A DNA stretch of 64,000 nucleotides from an uncultured Pelagibacteraceae bacterium (GCA_902623305.1 CACNTB010000002.1:42656-106655); one strand, 5' to 3'; shown: positions 19,554 to 28,682, counted from the first letter of the stretch. Program-made: numbers and translations. Notes: generated by a model from the letters alone, not told the origin.

Positions 19554-19886
19554 TTAATTATTTCCTAACAGATTGACCATTAAAACACCAATAATAATAA
19601 AAGCTAATCCAATCAATGAGTATAAATTAGGAACTTGATTAAATCTAATTATACCTACAACGACTGTTGCTATTATTGTTAAGCCTGCAAAGGAAGCATA
19701 AGTTATTCCCATTGGAATATTTTTCATTACCAACGAAAGGGCATACATGCATAATACAATTGTGAATGCTGTCATTATACTCGGAAATAAGAGAGTAAAT
19801 CCCTCGGCACTTTTGGCAAAACTATTTGAGGTTACTCCCAAGAAAACAGCTATTCCTAAAAATAAGTACGAAGTGGCAAAACTCAT
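19554..19886 (-). CDS. SMR/DMT family small transporter (atypical, Glu14 position is Gly)
   Basis: 4 TM, KSAEGFT, IPMGITYASFAG; paralog of 18986..19321 (shared NQVPNLY). Confidence 0.8.
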   Translation of the reverse strand: MSFATSYLFLGIAVFLGVTSNSFAKSAEGFTLLFPSIMTAFTIVLCMYALSLVMKNIPMGITYASFAGLTIIATVVVGIIRFNQVPNLYSLIGLAFIIIGVLMVNLLGNN

Positions 19887-19924
19887 TCAATAATCTTAGA
19901 TGAAATCTTGACAAATATATATAA

Positions 19925-20245
19925 TTATTTTGGCATCGGAGTTGCGCCAGTTTCTAAACTTATGATTTTTCCGTTATCATATTTGTAAACTGCCATTACC
20001 GCCTCAACATTTCCGTCATCAAAAGTCACTAATGAATGATGAACACCAACTTCATCATTTTCGTAGACAATTCTAACCTTATCTTGATTAATGTCACCAC
20101 TCATTGCCCATTTGATAACATCAACTTTAGTTAGAACATTCCCTGACTTATGCATTGTGAATTTAAAATCATCATGCAAAAGATCATTCATTACTGCCTC
20201 ATCTTTATTTTTTAAAGCAGTACTATATTTTTCTAATATAGACAT
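19925..20245 (-). CDS. NTF2/SnoaL-like small protein
   Basis: ALKNKD..VMNDLLHDDFKF start and KYDNGKIISLETG end; SD AGAGGAG. Confidence 0.65.
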   Translation of the reverse strand: MSILEKYSTALKNKDEAVMNDLLHDDFKFTMHKSGNVLTKVDVIKWAMSGDINQDKVRIVYENDEVGVHHSLVTFDDGNVEAVMAVYKYDNGKIISLETGATPMPK

Positions 20246-20260
20246 ATTACTCCTCTTTAT

Positions 20261-20584
20261 TTATTCACCTGGTTTTTTAAAATTTTTTCCAGCGTCTGCA
20301 GCTTTGTTAAAAGTTTTATTATAATCAAATACTTCATGAATCATAATATCCTCCATTAATCCCGCATTCATAATCGCAACTTTCATTCCAAGAACACTCT
20401 CATAATCACCTTCAATTACATTGATTACATCAAATCTTCCTCTAACCCATTCGTAACTATGAAATTTAACTCCAACAGTGTCACAAATAGCTTTGATAGC
20501 TGCTCCTCTGTCTGCATCAGGATCACTCTGCATTCTTTTCGCAAGATCTCTGCTAATTTTACCTATTATGTAAAATTTAGACAT
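20261..20584 (-). CDS. GYD-domain-like protein (dimeric alpha-beta barrel)
   Basis: DPDADRGAAIKAICDTVG...WVRGRFDVINVIEG pattern of the GYD family. Confidence 0.65.
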   Translation of the reverse strand: MSKFYIIGKISRDLAKRMQSDPDADRGAAIKAICDTVGVKFHSYEWVRGRFDVINVIEGDYESVLGMKVAIMNAGLMEDIMIHEVFDYNKTFNKAADAGKNFKKPGE

Positions 20585-20934
20585 TATTCACCCCACATTC
20601 CATGAAACTCATATGCAACTGCCGGCTCATCTCCAACAACCCATCCATCATGTCCTGGTTGAATTGAATATGCATCTCCAGCTTTATAAGTTTTTTCAGT
20701 TCCATCATTATGTTTTGCGCAAACTGCACCAGAAACAATTATGCCAAGATGAGTTGCCTGACAACTATCACCACCAACTGTAGGCTTTATATCTTTTGAC
20801 CATTGCCAACCAGGTTGTAATGTAAGTCTCATCACTCGTTGATTTCCAACTTTAACTGCTTCAATTTTAGCGTTGTTAAAATTATTATTAACTTCGTCCG
20901 CCTTATCAAATGTTTTTACTTCTACACCAGCCAT
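20584..20934 (-). CDS. Cupin domain protein
   Basis: LQPGWQWSKDIKP..GGDSCQATH..SG...AGDAYSIQPGHDGWVVGDEP; SD AGGAGG. Confidence 0.85.
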   Translation of the reverse strand: MAGVEVKTFDKADEVNNNFNNAKIEAVKVGNQRVMRLTLQPGWQWSKDIKPTVGGDSCQATHLGIIVSGAVCAKHNDGTEKTYKAGDAYSIQPGHDGWVVGDEPAVAYEFHGMWGE

Positions 20935-20954
20935 TTTTTCCTCCTAATTTTCTA

Positions 20955-21242
20955 TTAAGAGTTATAATCCATTACATTATCTTCACATTCAACAAAATTA
21001 TGTGGTTCAAAAAAATCATTCATTTGACCTAATTGATTGTTAATAGCTTCTGGGTCGGTACCTTTCCACCAGCAAAACATTTGTAAAGTATCACCTGGAG
21101 TGTTCCAAGTCATTTGACATTTAGCATTATCGCCAGTCATTGATTTTACGATATCTTTCATTTCCATTGATCCAACCATTTCCATCATTTTTGCTTTTGC
21201 TTCTTTTGACTTAAATGTATGAGTTACCATGTAATTTTTCAT
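20955..21242 (-). CDS. Small Met-rich hypothetical protein (possible ferredoxin-like alpha-beta fold)
   Basis: 95 aa, YMVTHTF...MFCWWKGTDPEAI pattern; co-oriented in the run. Confidence 0.65.
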   Translation of the reverse strand: MKNYMVTHTFKSKEAKAKMMEMVGSMEMKDIVKSMTGDNAKCQMTWNTPGDTLQMFCWWKGTDPEAINNQLGQMNDFFEPHNFVECEDNVMDYNS

Positions 21243-21245
21243 ATA

Positions 21246-21542
21246 TTATCCTTCTTTAACTTTTGTTAAATCATAGATTGTGTAGCTCTGCATACAATCA
21301 TCCATAATTGGCTTAGATACTTCAGTGCCTTCAATAAACTTATGTAAAGCAGCCTCATCTGTGCAAAATATTTTAAACATAACCGTACTTTTGTCTGGAG
21401 TTACTGATCCAATTGTTTTCTCTACTACAGCTACTTTTTGTCTTTCAGCTAATCCTTCTGGAGATTGCATAAATCCCATAAATTTTTCGAATTTACCTTT
21501 TCCTTCTTTAAACTTAGCTACTACTAACATTTCTTTTTCCAT
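21246..21542 (-). CDS. Small hypothetical protein (possible ABM-like fold)
   Basis: 98 aa with alternating strand/helix pattern; SD AAGGA. Confidence 0.6.
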   Translation of the reverse strand: MEKEMLVVAKFKEGKGKFEKFMGFMQSPEGLAERQKVAVVEKTIGSVTPDKSTVMFKIFCTDEAALHKFIEGTEVSKPIMDDCMQSYTIYDLTKVKEG

Positions 21543-21570
21543 TTTATTTTCCTTTTTTTTTGTTAATTAT

Positions 21571-21885
21571 TTATTCGCTAAAAATGTATCTGATTTCATC
21601 TCGAATTGTGCCTTCAACTGCAACTTTCTTTAATTGTTTTTGAAGATTTTGGTATTTTTTATCTGCTGACATTTTTTGATCTGCTTCAAAATTATCATCT
21701 TCAAACATTGTACCAATAAGAGTTTCTCTTATTGTTCTTGGATCACCACCTATTTGAAATGAAAAATAAACTTGATGTTTTGGATAATATTTTTTTCTAA
21801 CTTTTGCTAATCCTTGACCTATTTCCATCGCATTACCAAGCATGTCATCTTTAACTCTAAATGTTCTTGTGTATATTGCCTTCAT
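21571..21885 (-). CDS. Small hypothetical protein (possible NIPSNAP-like alpha-beta barrel)
   Basis: 104 aa; SD AAGGAG; C-terminal EGTIRDEI. Confidence 0.6.
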   Translation of the reverse strand: MKAIYTRTFRVKDDMLGNAMEIGQGLAKVRKKYYPKHQVYFSFQIGGDPRTIRETLIGTMFEDDNFEADQKMSADKKYQNLQKQLKKVAVEGTIRDEIRYIFSE

Positions 21886-21901
21886 TTTTATCTCCTTAAT
21901 T

Positions 21902-22273
21902 TTAGTATATCCCTGATTTGACTAGTTTATCAATCTCATTTTCTGAGTTAGGGATTAATTTATAGATAAAACTATTACATTCTTTTGTAGTACTTTCCTC
22001 GTATGGTTTTCCGTAACGTTCATCAACAACCTTTATCAATTCTTTATTAAGATTTTCTTCGTTAACGCCTTCGTTAACTAAATATGAACTTAAAAATTTC
22101 TTGGCAGCAAAAGAATGTACGATCTTTTCTAATTCAAGTTCTGCTTGTGGAATCATGCTATTTGCATAATAAATTCCAGCACATTCAATTGTTTTCTTTT
22201 TATCATCGTCACTCATACCAGCATATGCAGACGTTAGAAACAGGATACTAATTAAAGTTATTATTTTTTTCAT
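21902..22273 (-). CDS. Secreted two-Cys hypothetical protein
   Basis: Signal peptide ending AYA; ECAGIY..N and KEC; paralog of next gene. Confidence 0.7.
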   Translation of the reverse strand: MKKIITLISILFLTSAYAGMSDDDKKKTIECAGIYYANSMIPQAELELEKIVHSFAAKKFLSSYLVNEGVNEENLNKELIKVVDERYGKPYEESTTKECNSFIYKLIPNSENEIDKLVKSGIY

Positions 22274-22274
22274 A

Positions 22275-22652
22275 TTAATATAGAGTTTGTATCACCTTTT
22301 TAACTCTCTCCTCTCCGTTGGGTATTATTGCATTTACAAATTTATGGCAGGCATTTGTTTTACCCTCGTCATATTTAGAGCCATAGAATTTATCTACAGC
22401 TTTGTTTACGCCATCATCCCAATCTTTCTCAGGAATTCCAATTTCTAAAGCATAAGCTTTTAAAACTTTCACTGATGCCATAGATTTTTCTTTCATACTA
22501 TATTCAAATGTTTCACCTGGGGGCAAGAAGTAGTTAGCCATATAGATTCCACTACATTCCCAAGCTCTATTCTTATCAGCATTATTCATATCAGCATAAG
22601 CTAATTTTAGAAAAGTAATGCTAAACAAAAAAGTTATTATTATTTTTTTCAT
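22275..22652 (-). CDS. Secreted two-Cys hypothetical protein
   Basis: Signal peptide ending AYA; ECSGIY..N and NAC. Confidence 0.7.
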   Translation of the reverse strand: MKKIIITFLFSITFLKLAYADMNNADKNRAWECSGIYMANYFLPPGETFEYSMKEKSMASVKVLKAYALEIGIPEKDWDDGVNKAVDKFYGSKYDEGKTNACHKFVNAIIPNGEERVKKVIQTLY

Positions 22653-22663
22653 AAACTACTTTA

Positions 22664-23140
22664 TTAATAAGTATACTCACCACTCATTTGATTCATTGAG
22701 TGAGCCATGCCAGATTTACCTCTTATATTTTGTCTACTTGAGAAACCACTTCCAGATATATTTTCATATTTTCCAGTTCCACCAATAATAACAAATGTAC
22801 CAGTTCCACCTTGGCCTCCGGTTCCTTTACCTTTGTAATTGATATAAACTTTTTCACCATCCATTAAATAAAAAGTACACATCCCAGTTTCATCATCAAA
22901 TTTTCCACCTACTAATGTTAGTCCGCCAATACAATGCATTGTGGATTTATCAAAAATACTTCCAGCTTCTTTATCCATCAGCCCGGCATTACCATCATAT
23001 GTAATACTCATATTTCCATTTCCAGCATCCATTGCATTTAATGACCACGAACCTGCTCCAGAGGCATTAAATTTTCCTGTTTCTGCTGATGAATAATTTG
23101 AAATTGCTAAGAAAATGATTACAAATAAAATTTTTCTCAT
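22664..23140 (-). CDS. Secreted Gly-rich beta-barrel protein (allene oxide cyclase/dirigent-like pattern)
   Basis: Signal peptide, two Cys, GTFVIIGGTGKYENISGSG motif; SD AAGGAG. Confidence 0.65.
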   Translation of the reverse strand: MRKILFVIIFLAISNYSSAETGKFNASGAGSWSLNAMDAGNGNMSITYDGNAGLMDKEAGSIFDKSTMHCIGGLTLVGGKFDDETGMCTFYLMDGEKVYINYKGKGTGGQGGTGTFVIIGGTGKYENISGSGFSSRQNIRGKSGMAHSMNQMSGEYTY

Positions 23141-23189
23141 TTCTAACTCCTTTATTAAAATTAATTTTTATTAGATTGTTACATTCTAT

Positions 23190-23250
23190 CATTAGAGTCT
23201 CCTGCGTTTATAACGCGTGACAGATATGCACTTTTAAAAAAAATCAACAA
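23190..23250 (-). promoter_or_regulatory. Candidate promoter and structured 5' leader of the small-protein run
   Basis: Minus strand: TTGATT...CATATCT, hairpin GCGTT-ATA-AACGC, then AGGAG-ACTCTA-ATG; locally GC-rich patch in an AT-rich spacer. Confidence 0.4.
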
Positions 23251-23302
23251 AATAGATGTTTTGAGTTATATCAATTATATTTAATGATGATAATATCTAC
23301 TT

Positions 23303-23716
23303 ATGATTGAAAAATTTGGAAGTATTTTTTATTTAATAATTTTTGTGGTTCATTTTCTAATTTTTACTGCATACGCCTATCAATGTGTATTCGCTACTAA
23401 AAAATTTTTAGATAAATTTCAGATAGACGATACTGGTGCAGGCATGACTCGTTTTTTTGGCTCGTTATTCATTGGTGCAATTGTTATGGCTATATGGATT
23501 GGCTTCATAAGACCTGAAGGTTTACAAGGAACTTGGGGTTTTTTTAACTTAGTATTTGCTCAAAATGTTTGTGCATTTTTAGTTGGAATTTATACAATTA
23601 AAATTAATAAACTAGGTCACACAGAAAAAACTTCGAATGAAGGAATAATCGCTCCAGGTGTCTTAACAATTCTTAGTGGATTACTTTGTTACGGTTTAGC
23701 AGATAAAATTTATTAA
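23303..23716 (+). CDS. Hypothetical 4-TM membrane protein
   Basis: Four hydrophobic segments; divergent from the small-protein run. Confidence 0.65.
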   Translation: MIEKFGSIFYLIIFVVHFLIFTAYAYQCVFATKKFLDKFQIDDTGAGMTRFFGSLFIGAIVMAIWIGFIRPEGLQGTWGFFNLVFAQNVCAFLVGIYTIKINKLGHTEKTSNEGIIAPGVLTILSGLLCYGLADKIY

Positions 23717-24714
23717 AACCAATTAGGAATTGGCAAACCCTTTTCTTCTAAGAATTTTTTATTAAACATTTTGGTTGCGTACTTATCACTTCTATCGCAA
23801 AGGATTGTTACTATTGTTTTACCTGGTCCTATTTCTTTACCCATTCTTATTGCTCCTGCAATATTAATTCCACAACTAGTCCCAAGACTTAACCCTTCAT
23901 TCTGTATTAAGTCATATAAAATAGGCAAAGCTTCATGATCATCAATTGAATAAGCATCATCTATCTTTGCATTCTTAAAATTTTCAGTAACTCTACTTGA
24001 TCCTATTCCTTCAGTAATAGAACCACCTTCAGATTTTAGTTCACCGTTTTTAATATAATTATAAAGTGCTGACCCTTTAGGATCAGATAAATAAATTTTT
24101 ATGTTTTTATTTTTTTCTTTTAGTGCATTACTTACACCAGAAATTGTTCCACCAGTTCCAGAGGAACAAACAAACCCATCTACCTCACCATCGGTTTGTT
24201 TCCAAATTTCTTGACCAGTACCCTCGTAATGACCTTTTGCATTTGCTGTATTATCAAATTGATTTGCCCAAATAACACCATTGTTATTTGTTGGTCTTAA
24301 TTCATCAGCCAGTCTTGCAGCTACTTTTACAAAATTGTTATCGTCTCGATAAGGTTTCGGTGGCACTAGTTTTAGTTCAGCCCCAAGATTTCTTAATAAA
24401 TCTTTTTTTTCTTGAGTTTGATTATCATTCATTACAATAATAGTTTTGTAACCTAAAGAGTTACCTAGAAGACCAAGCCCTATACCAGTATTACCCGCAG
24501 TTCCTTCAACAACAGTTCCACCTTTTGCTATTAATTTTTTTTCTTGAGCGTCTTTAATTAAAGCAAGTGCCGCTCTATCCTTAACTGATCCACCTGGATT
24601 TAAAAATTCTGCTTTTCCATAAATATTACATCCAGTAATTTCTGAAGCAGCTCTAAGTTTGATTAATGGAGTGTTCCCTATACCTGAAATAAAATCGTTT
24701 TGTGTCTTATTCAT
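23713..24714 (-). CDS. cysK: Cysteine synthase (O-acetylserine sulfhydrylase)
   Basis: [21 protein letters not shown] (PLP Lys), [18 protein letters not shown]; start reassigned to ATG 24714. Confidence 0.9.
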   Translation of the reverse strand: MNKTQNDFISGIGNTPLIKLRAASEITGCNIYGKAEFLNPGGSVKDRAALALIKDAQEKKLIAKGGTVVEGTAGNTGIGLGLLGNSLGYKTIIVMNDNQTQEKKDLLRNLGAELKLVPPKPYRDDNNFVKVAARLADELRPTNNNGVIWANQFDNTANAKGHYEGTGQEIWKQTDGEVDGFVCSSGTGGTISGVSNALKEKNKNIKIYLSDPKGSALYNYIKNGELKSEGGSITEGIGSSRVTENFKNAKIDDAYSIDDHEALPILYDLIQNEGLSLGTSCGINIAGAIRMGKEIGPGKTIVTILCDRSDKYATKMFNKKFLEEKGLPIPNWF

Positions 24715-25291
24715 TATCTGATTTTTTATCACTATCAGGTGTAATACCATAAGGTTTAAATTCACTATCAGCAATTCCAACATTTCTTGCTGGAATTCCA
24801 ACCATCACAGCATTTTCTGCAACGTCTTTAGTTATTACTGCATTTGCTCCTATTCTTGCACCTCTGCCTACAGTCACAGGTCCTAGTACTTGAGCACCTG
24901 AGCCAATTACTACTTCATTTTTAATTGTTGGATGTCTTTTAATATTACGCTGATCATTTGAATTAATACTCGGTGCTATACCTCCTAGTGTAACCATATG
25001 ATAGATAGTAACATCATCACCAATGTCTGATGTCTCTCCAATTACAACACCCATTCCATGATCAATAAATAAATTTTTTCCAATTTTTGCATTTGGGTGA
25101 ATCTCGATCCCTGTCAAGAATCTTGAAAATTGTGAGATGATTCTAGCAATCAAATGAAATTTAGCTGTACTAAAAAAGTTTGCTATTCTATGAAAGAAAA
25201 CTGCTTTTACTCCGGGGTAGGTTAAGATTAAACTAAGCTTAGTTTTTGCGGCTGGATCTCTATCAATTATTGATTGTAAAAAATTGCCCAT
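24707..25291 (-). CDS. cysE: Serine O-acetyltransferase
   Basis: [43 protein letters not shown]. Confidence 0.93.
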   Translation of the reverse strand: MGNFLQSIIDRDPAAKTKLSLILTYPGVKAVFFHRIANFFSTAKFHLIARIISQFSRFLTGIEIHPNAKIGKNLFIDHGMGVVIGETSDIGDDVTIYHMVTLGGIAPSINSNDQRNIKRHPTIKNEVVIGSGAQVLGPVTVGRGARIGANAVITKDVAENAVMVGIPARNVGIADSEFKPYGITPDSDKKSDNE

Positions 25292-25372
25292 TTTTTTTTG
25301 ACTTTTGTAGATGTTGATTAAAAAATAATATGCTTTATATAGTTATTAACTCATTAATTTAAAGAGGTTATT

Positions 25373-25783
25373 ATGTATAGAAACACTAACTGTTTTCACC
25401 TAGCAATTCCATGTGGCGATCTAGAGGTAGCGAAAAAATTTTACAGTGAAACTTTGGGATGTAGACTTGATAATTCTGCTCAAGAATGGGCTGATGTCGA
25501 TTTTTGGGGCAACGAATTAACTTTGCATAAGAGTGAACATAAATTAGACAGTGAAAGACATGATGTAGACATGGGAAATGTTTCAGTTCCACATTTCGGT
25601 GTACATTTATCCAGAAAAGATTTTGATGCACTTAAACAAAGATTGAAAGATAGTGGAACTAAGTATTACGATGAACCTTATTTGAGATTTAAAGGAACAA
25701 AATATGAGCAAGAAACCTTCTTTGTTAAAGACCCAAACGAAAATATTCTAGAAATTAAAACCTTAACAGCAAATCCAGAATAA
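25373..25783 (+). CDS. VOC/glyoxalase family protein
   Basis: FHLAIPC.DL, DFWGNELTLH, VPHFG, TFFVKDP.ENILEIK. Confidence 0.85.
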   Translation: MYRNTNCFHLAIPCGDLEVAKKFYSETLGCRLDNSAQEWADVDFWGNELTLHKSEHKLDSERHDVDMGNVSVPHFGVHLSRKDFDALKQRLKDSGTKYYDEPYLRFKGTKYEQETFFVKDPNENILEIKTLTANPE

Positions 25784-25795
25784 TCTAAAAACTTA

Positions 25796-26401
25796 ATGGA
25801 ATACCTGGTATTAGGCTTCTTTACTGGGATTAGCTTAATCTTAGCCATAGGAGCACAAAATATTTTTGTTATTGAGCAAGGTTTAAAAAAACAACACATA
25901 TTTATTGTTTGCTTAATATGCTCCTTATCGGATTTGATATTAATTTTTTTTGGTATTTTCCTTTTTCATTATTTTAATCAATATTTTAACTCTTTAATTG
26001 AATTAATTTTAAATTTATTTTTAATCTTATTTTTATTTCACTTTATTTTTAAAAAAATAAAATCACATTATTCTGATATTAGCTTTAGTACTGAGCCAAA
26101 TAATATTTCAAAATTAAATATCATATTTAAAACTTTAGGATTTACATATTTAAATCCACATGTTTATTCTGATACAGTTTTTTTTCTTGGAAATTTTTCA
26201 AAAAATTATTTACTTAACCAAAAAATTATATTTGGGATAGGTGCGTCTATAGCATCATTTTTATTTTTTTTTATATTGGGATATTTATCTAATTATTTAT
26301 CAAAGTATGCTAATAGTAAAAAAATTTGGAAAGTAATTAATATTTTTATCATATGTTTTATGTCTATCTTAATTTTATTCATTATTAAGGAAATATTGTG
26401 A
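25796..26401 (+). CDS. LysE/ArgO family amino acid exporter
   Basis: LILAIGAQNIFV and TYLNPHVYSDT motifs. Confidence 0.85.
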   Translation: MEYLVLGFFTGISLILAIGAQNIFVIEQGLKKQHIFIVCLICSLSDLILIFFGIFLFHYFNQYFNSLIELILNLFLILFLFHFIFKKIKSHYSDISFSTEPNNISKLNIIFKTLGFTYLNPHVYSDTVFFLGNFSKNYLLNQKIIFGIGASIASFLFFFILGYLSNYLSKYANSKKIWKVINIFIICFMSILILFIIKEIL

Positions 26402-27153
26402 GTGATATTTACGTGGATGATATAGGCGAAGGATTTCCTTTTGTTTTGGTTCATGGTTATCTGGGTTCATCTGAAATGTGGACTTTTCAAAAAGAATTTT
26501 TTTCAAAAGATTATCGTGTAATTATCCCAGCTCTCCCAGGGTTTGGTGAAAGTCATAATGTAAAATCTTTAGATTCTATTAATAAAATGGCTAAAGAAAT
26601 TATAAATGTATTAGATCAAAAAAAGATAGATAAATTCAATTTAATTGGTCACTCAATGGGAGGAATGATTGTTCAAGAAATTACAAAATTGATTGGGTAT
26701 AGAGTTAATAAATTAATTTGTTTTGCCACTGGAGCTATTGGAGATATTCCAGGAAGATTTGAGACTATGGATGAAACAAGGAAAAAACTTAAGAAGGAGG
26801 GTACGCAGCTCTCTTTTTCTAGAGTACCTCTTAAGTGGTTTATAAAAGGTAATAAGGATAAAAATTATTTTCTTTGTGAAAATGCTGTTAAAAATGTTTC
26901 ATTAGAAACTGCTGATAATGCATTACTAGCAATGAAAAATTGGAGAGGTAGAGAAAATTTGAGAAATATAAAAAATGATACTCTTATAATATGGGGCGAT
27001 AAAGATACTTCCTATAATTTTGATCAAGTTGATACACTGAATAAAAATATTAAAAATAGCCGTCTAGAAATTTTTAAAGATTGTGCTCATAATGTTCACT
27101 TAGAACAGCCTGATAAATTTAATAATTTAGTAAAAGAATTTATCTCAAAATAA
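26398..27153 (+). CDS. Alpha/beta hydrolase
   Basis: VHGYLG, LPGFGES, GHSMGG nucleophile, WGDKD, AHNVHLEQP; GTG start. Confidence 0.88.
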   Translation: MSDIYVDDIGEGFPFVLVHGYLGSSEMWTFQKEFFSKDYRVIIPALPGFGESHNVKSLDSINKMAKEIINVLDQKKIDKFNLIGHSMGGMIVQEITKLIGYRVNKLICFATGAIGDIPGRFETMDETRKKLKKEGTQLSFSRVPLKWFIKGNKDKNYFLCENAVKNVSLETADNALLAMKNWRGRENLRNIKNDTLIIWGDKDTSYNFDQVDTLNKNIKNSRLEIFKDCAHNVHLEQPDKFNNLVKEFISK

Positions 27154-27802
27154 TATTTTTATTAAGTCTATAAACTTTTTTATAAGCTCCGATAAATTTT
27201 TTTGAAGAATGAAATCTTCCAGGAAAAATTATACATTTTATTTTAGCTCGCTTAGCTGAATTTAAACTTTCTTGAGTATCTTCAATGGCCACACAATCAT
27301 TCGCTTTAAGCTTTAGTTTCTTAAGTGCTATTAAGTATATATCTGGGTTGGGTTTGAGCTTTTTTACTAATTTTGCATTCCCTATAAAGTTGAAATCTCT
27401 TTTGTTAATTGAATTTCTCAAGCAATATAAGATTGCATTTATATTGTTTGTAGACGTAGATGAAACAAATCCAATTTTTATATTTTCTTTTTTGCATAAA
27501 GAAATTAAATTTCTAACACCTGGTCTTAATTTAAGCTGATTTCTTTTAAGATGATTATTAAAGATTTTAGTTTTTAAATTTCTTAAATATACAGAGTTAA
27601 CTTTTATTTTTTTCCTTTTAGCATATCTTAATATTCTATCTTTGCCTCCAGATTTATTTAATAAACTTAAATACTCACGTTTGGTCCAATTCCAATCAAG
27701 CCCATATTGTTTAAATGCCTCATTGAATGACTTTCTCTGAATTTCAGAAGTTTCAACAATAGATCCAATAGAACCAAAAAGTAATGCTTTATAATATTTC
27801 AA
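27140..27802 (-). CDS. HAD-IA/CbbY-like protein lacking the catalytic Asp
   Basis: Motif I reads FGSIGSIVETSE; GGKDR, LRPGV, KPNPDIY and AIEDT retained; TTG start overlapping the permease stop. Confidence 0.75.
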   Translation of the reverse strand: MKYYKALLFGSIGSIVETSEIQRKSFNEAFKQYGLDWNWTKREYLSLLNKSGGKDRILRYAKRKKIKVNSVYLRNLKTKIFNNHLKRNQLKLRPGVRNLISLCKKENIKIGFVSSTSTNNINAILYCLRNSINKRDFNFIGNAKLVKKLKPNPDIYLIALKKLKLKANDCVAIEDTQESLNSAKRAKIKCIIFPGRFHSSKKFIGAYKKVYRLNKNIILR

Positions 27803-28680
27803 CCTTTTACAGCTCCAGCGGTCAAACCACTAATGACCTGTCTTTGAAAAAACATAATAAGCATAAATAAAGGTGCAGTAGCAGATACAACTGCAGAAAC
27901 TGCCCACATTAGATTTCCTTCATGTTGATTAGTACCTAAATAACTTTGTATTTTTGGAACCATAGTATGATTTTCTTGATTAAGAAGTAATGCTGTTACT
28001 GTAAAATCATTATAAGCTAACATTAAACTAAATAATCCTGCTGTAATTACTCCAGGCCACATCACAGGCATAATAATATGTCTAAAAGCTTGAAAATACG
28101 AACAACCATCTATTAATGCACTTTCATCAAGCTCTTTAGGAACTGTTTTGAAAAAAGAATAGAGCAACCAAAGTGTAAAAGGTTGATTTATTGCAACCAA
28201 AACAACAATTGTGGTTGGTAGAATTCCCCAAATCTGTAATTCAAAAAAAGGAAAAAGATATCCTGATACTAAAGTTATATGTGGCATTGCTCTAAAAATT
28301 AAAGCTGCCATTAAAATCCAAAAAGCATATTTCTCAGTTGATCTTGAAAGAGCATATGCTCCTAAAGTTCCTAAAAACAAAGAAATACTTACAACAAATA
28401 CTGTAACAATAATTGTATTTTTTGATGCTTTCCAAAATTCACCTTCAGTCCAAGCTTGTGTATAAGCATTAGTTGTAAATTTTCCGCCTGTTTCAATTAA
28501 AGTATTAAATGCAGATATTGCATACCACCAATCAGATCTGGAAAAGAAATCAGCTCTTACTTTAAATGATCCCCAAAAAGTCCAAATAAAAGGGAAGCAA
28601 GCAATTAACAACCAACTTATTATAAAAATAGTATTAAAAGTTTTTAAACGAGTTGATTTTGTATCTAATCCATAATCCAT
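27799..28680 (-). CDS. Carbohydrate (CUT1) ABC permease, MalG-like
   Basis: EAA loop VPKELDESALIDGCS; 6 TM; terminal GLTAGAVKG. Confidence 0.9.
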   Translation of the reverse strand: MDYGLDTKSTRLKTFNTIFIISWLLIACFPFIWTFWGSFKVRADFFSRSDWWYAISAFNTLIETGGKFTTNAYTQAWTEGEFWKASKNTIIVTVFVVSISLFLGTLGAYALSRSTEKYAFWILMAALIFRAMPHITLVSGYLFPFFELQIWGILPTTIVVLVAINQPFTLWLLYSFFKTVPKELDESALIDGCSYFQAFRHIIMPVMWPGVITAGLFSLMLAYNDFTVTALLLNQENHTMVPKIQSYLGTNQHEGNLMWAVSAVVSATAPLFMLIMFFQRQVISGLTAGAVKG

Positions 28681-28682
28681 AA

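Noticed and set aside
23190-23230. Assigning the leader hairpin to a known riboswitch class (SAM-II/V, glycine, guanidine)
   Set aside because: Could not match the conserved cores by eye; left as an unassigned candidate.
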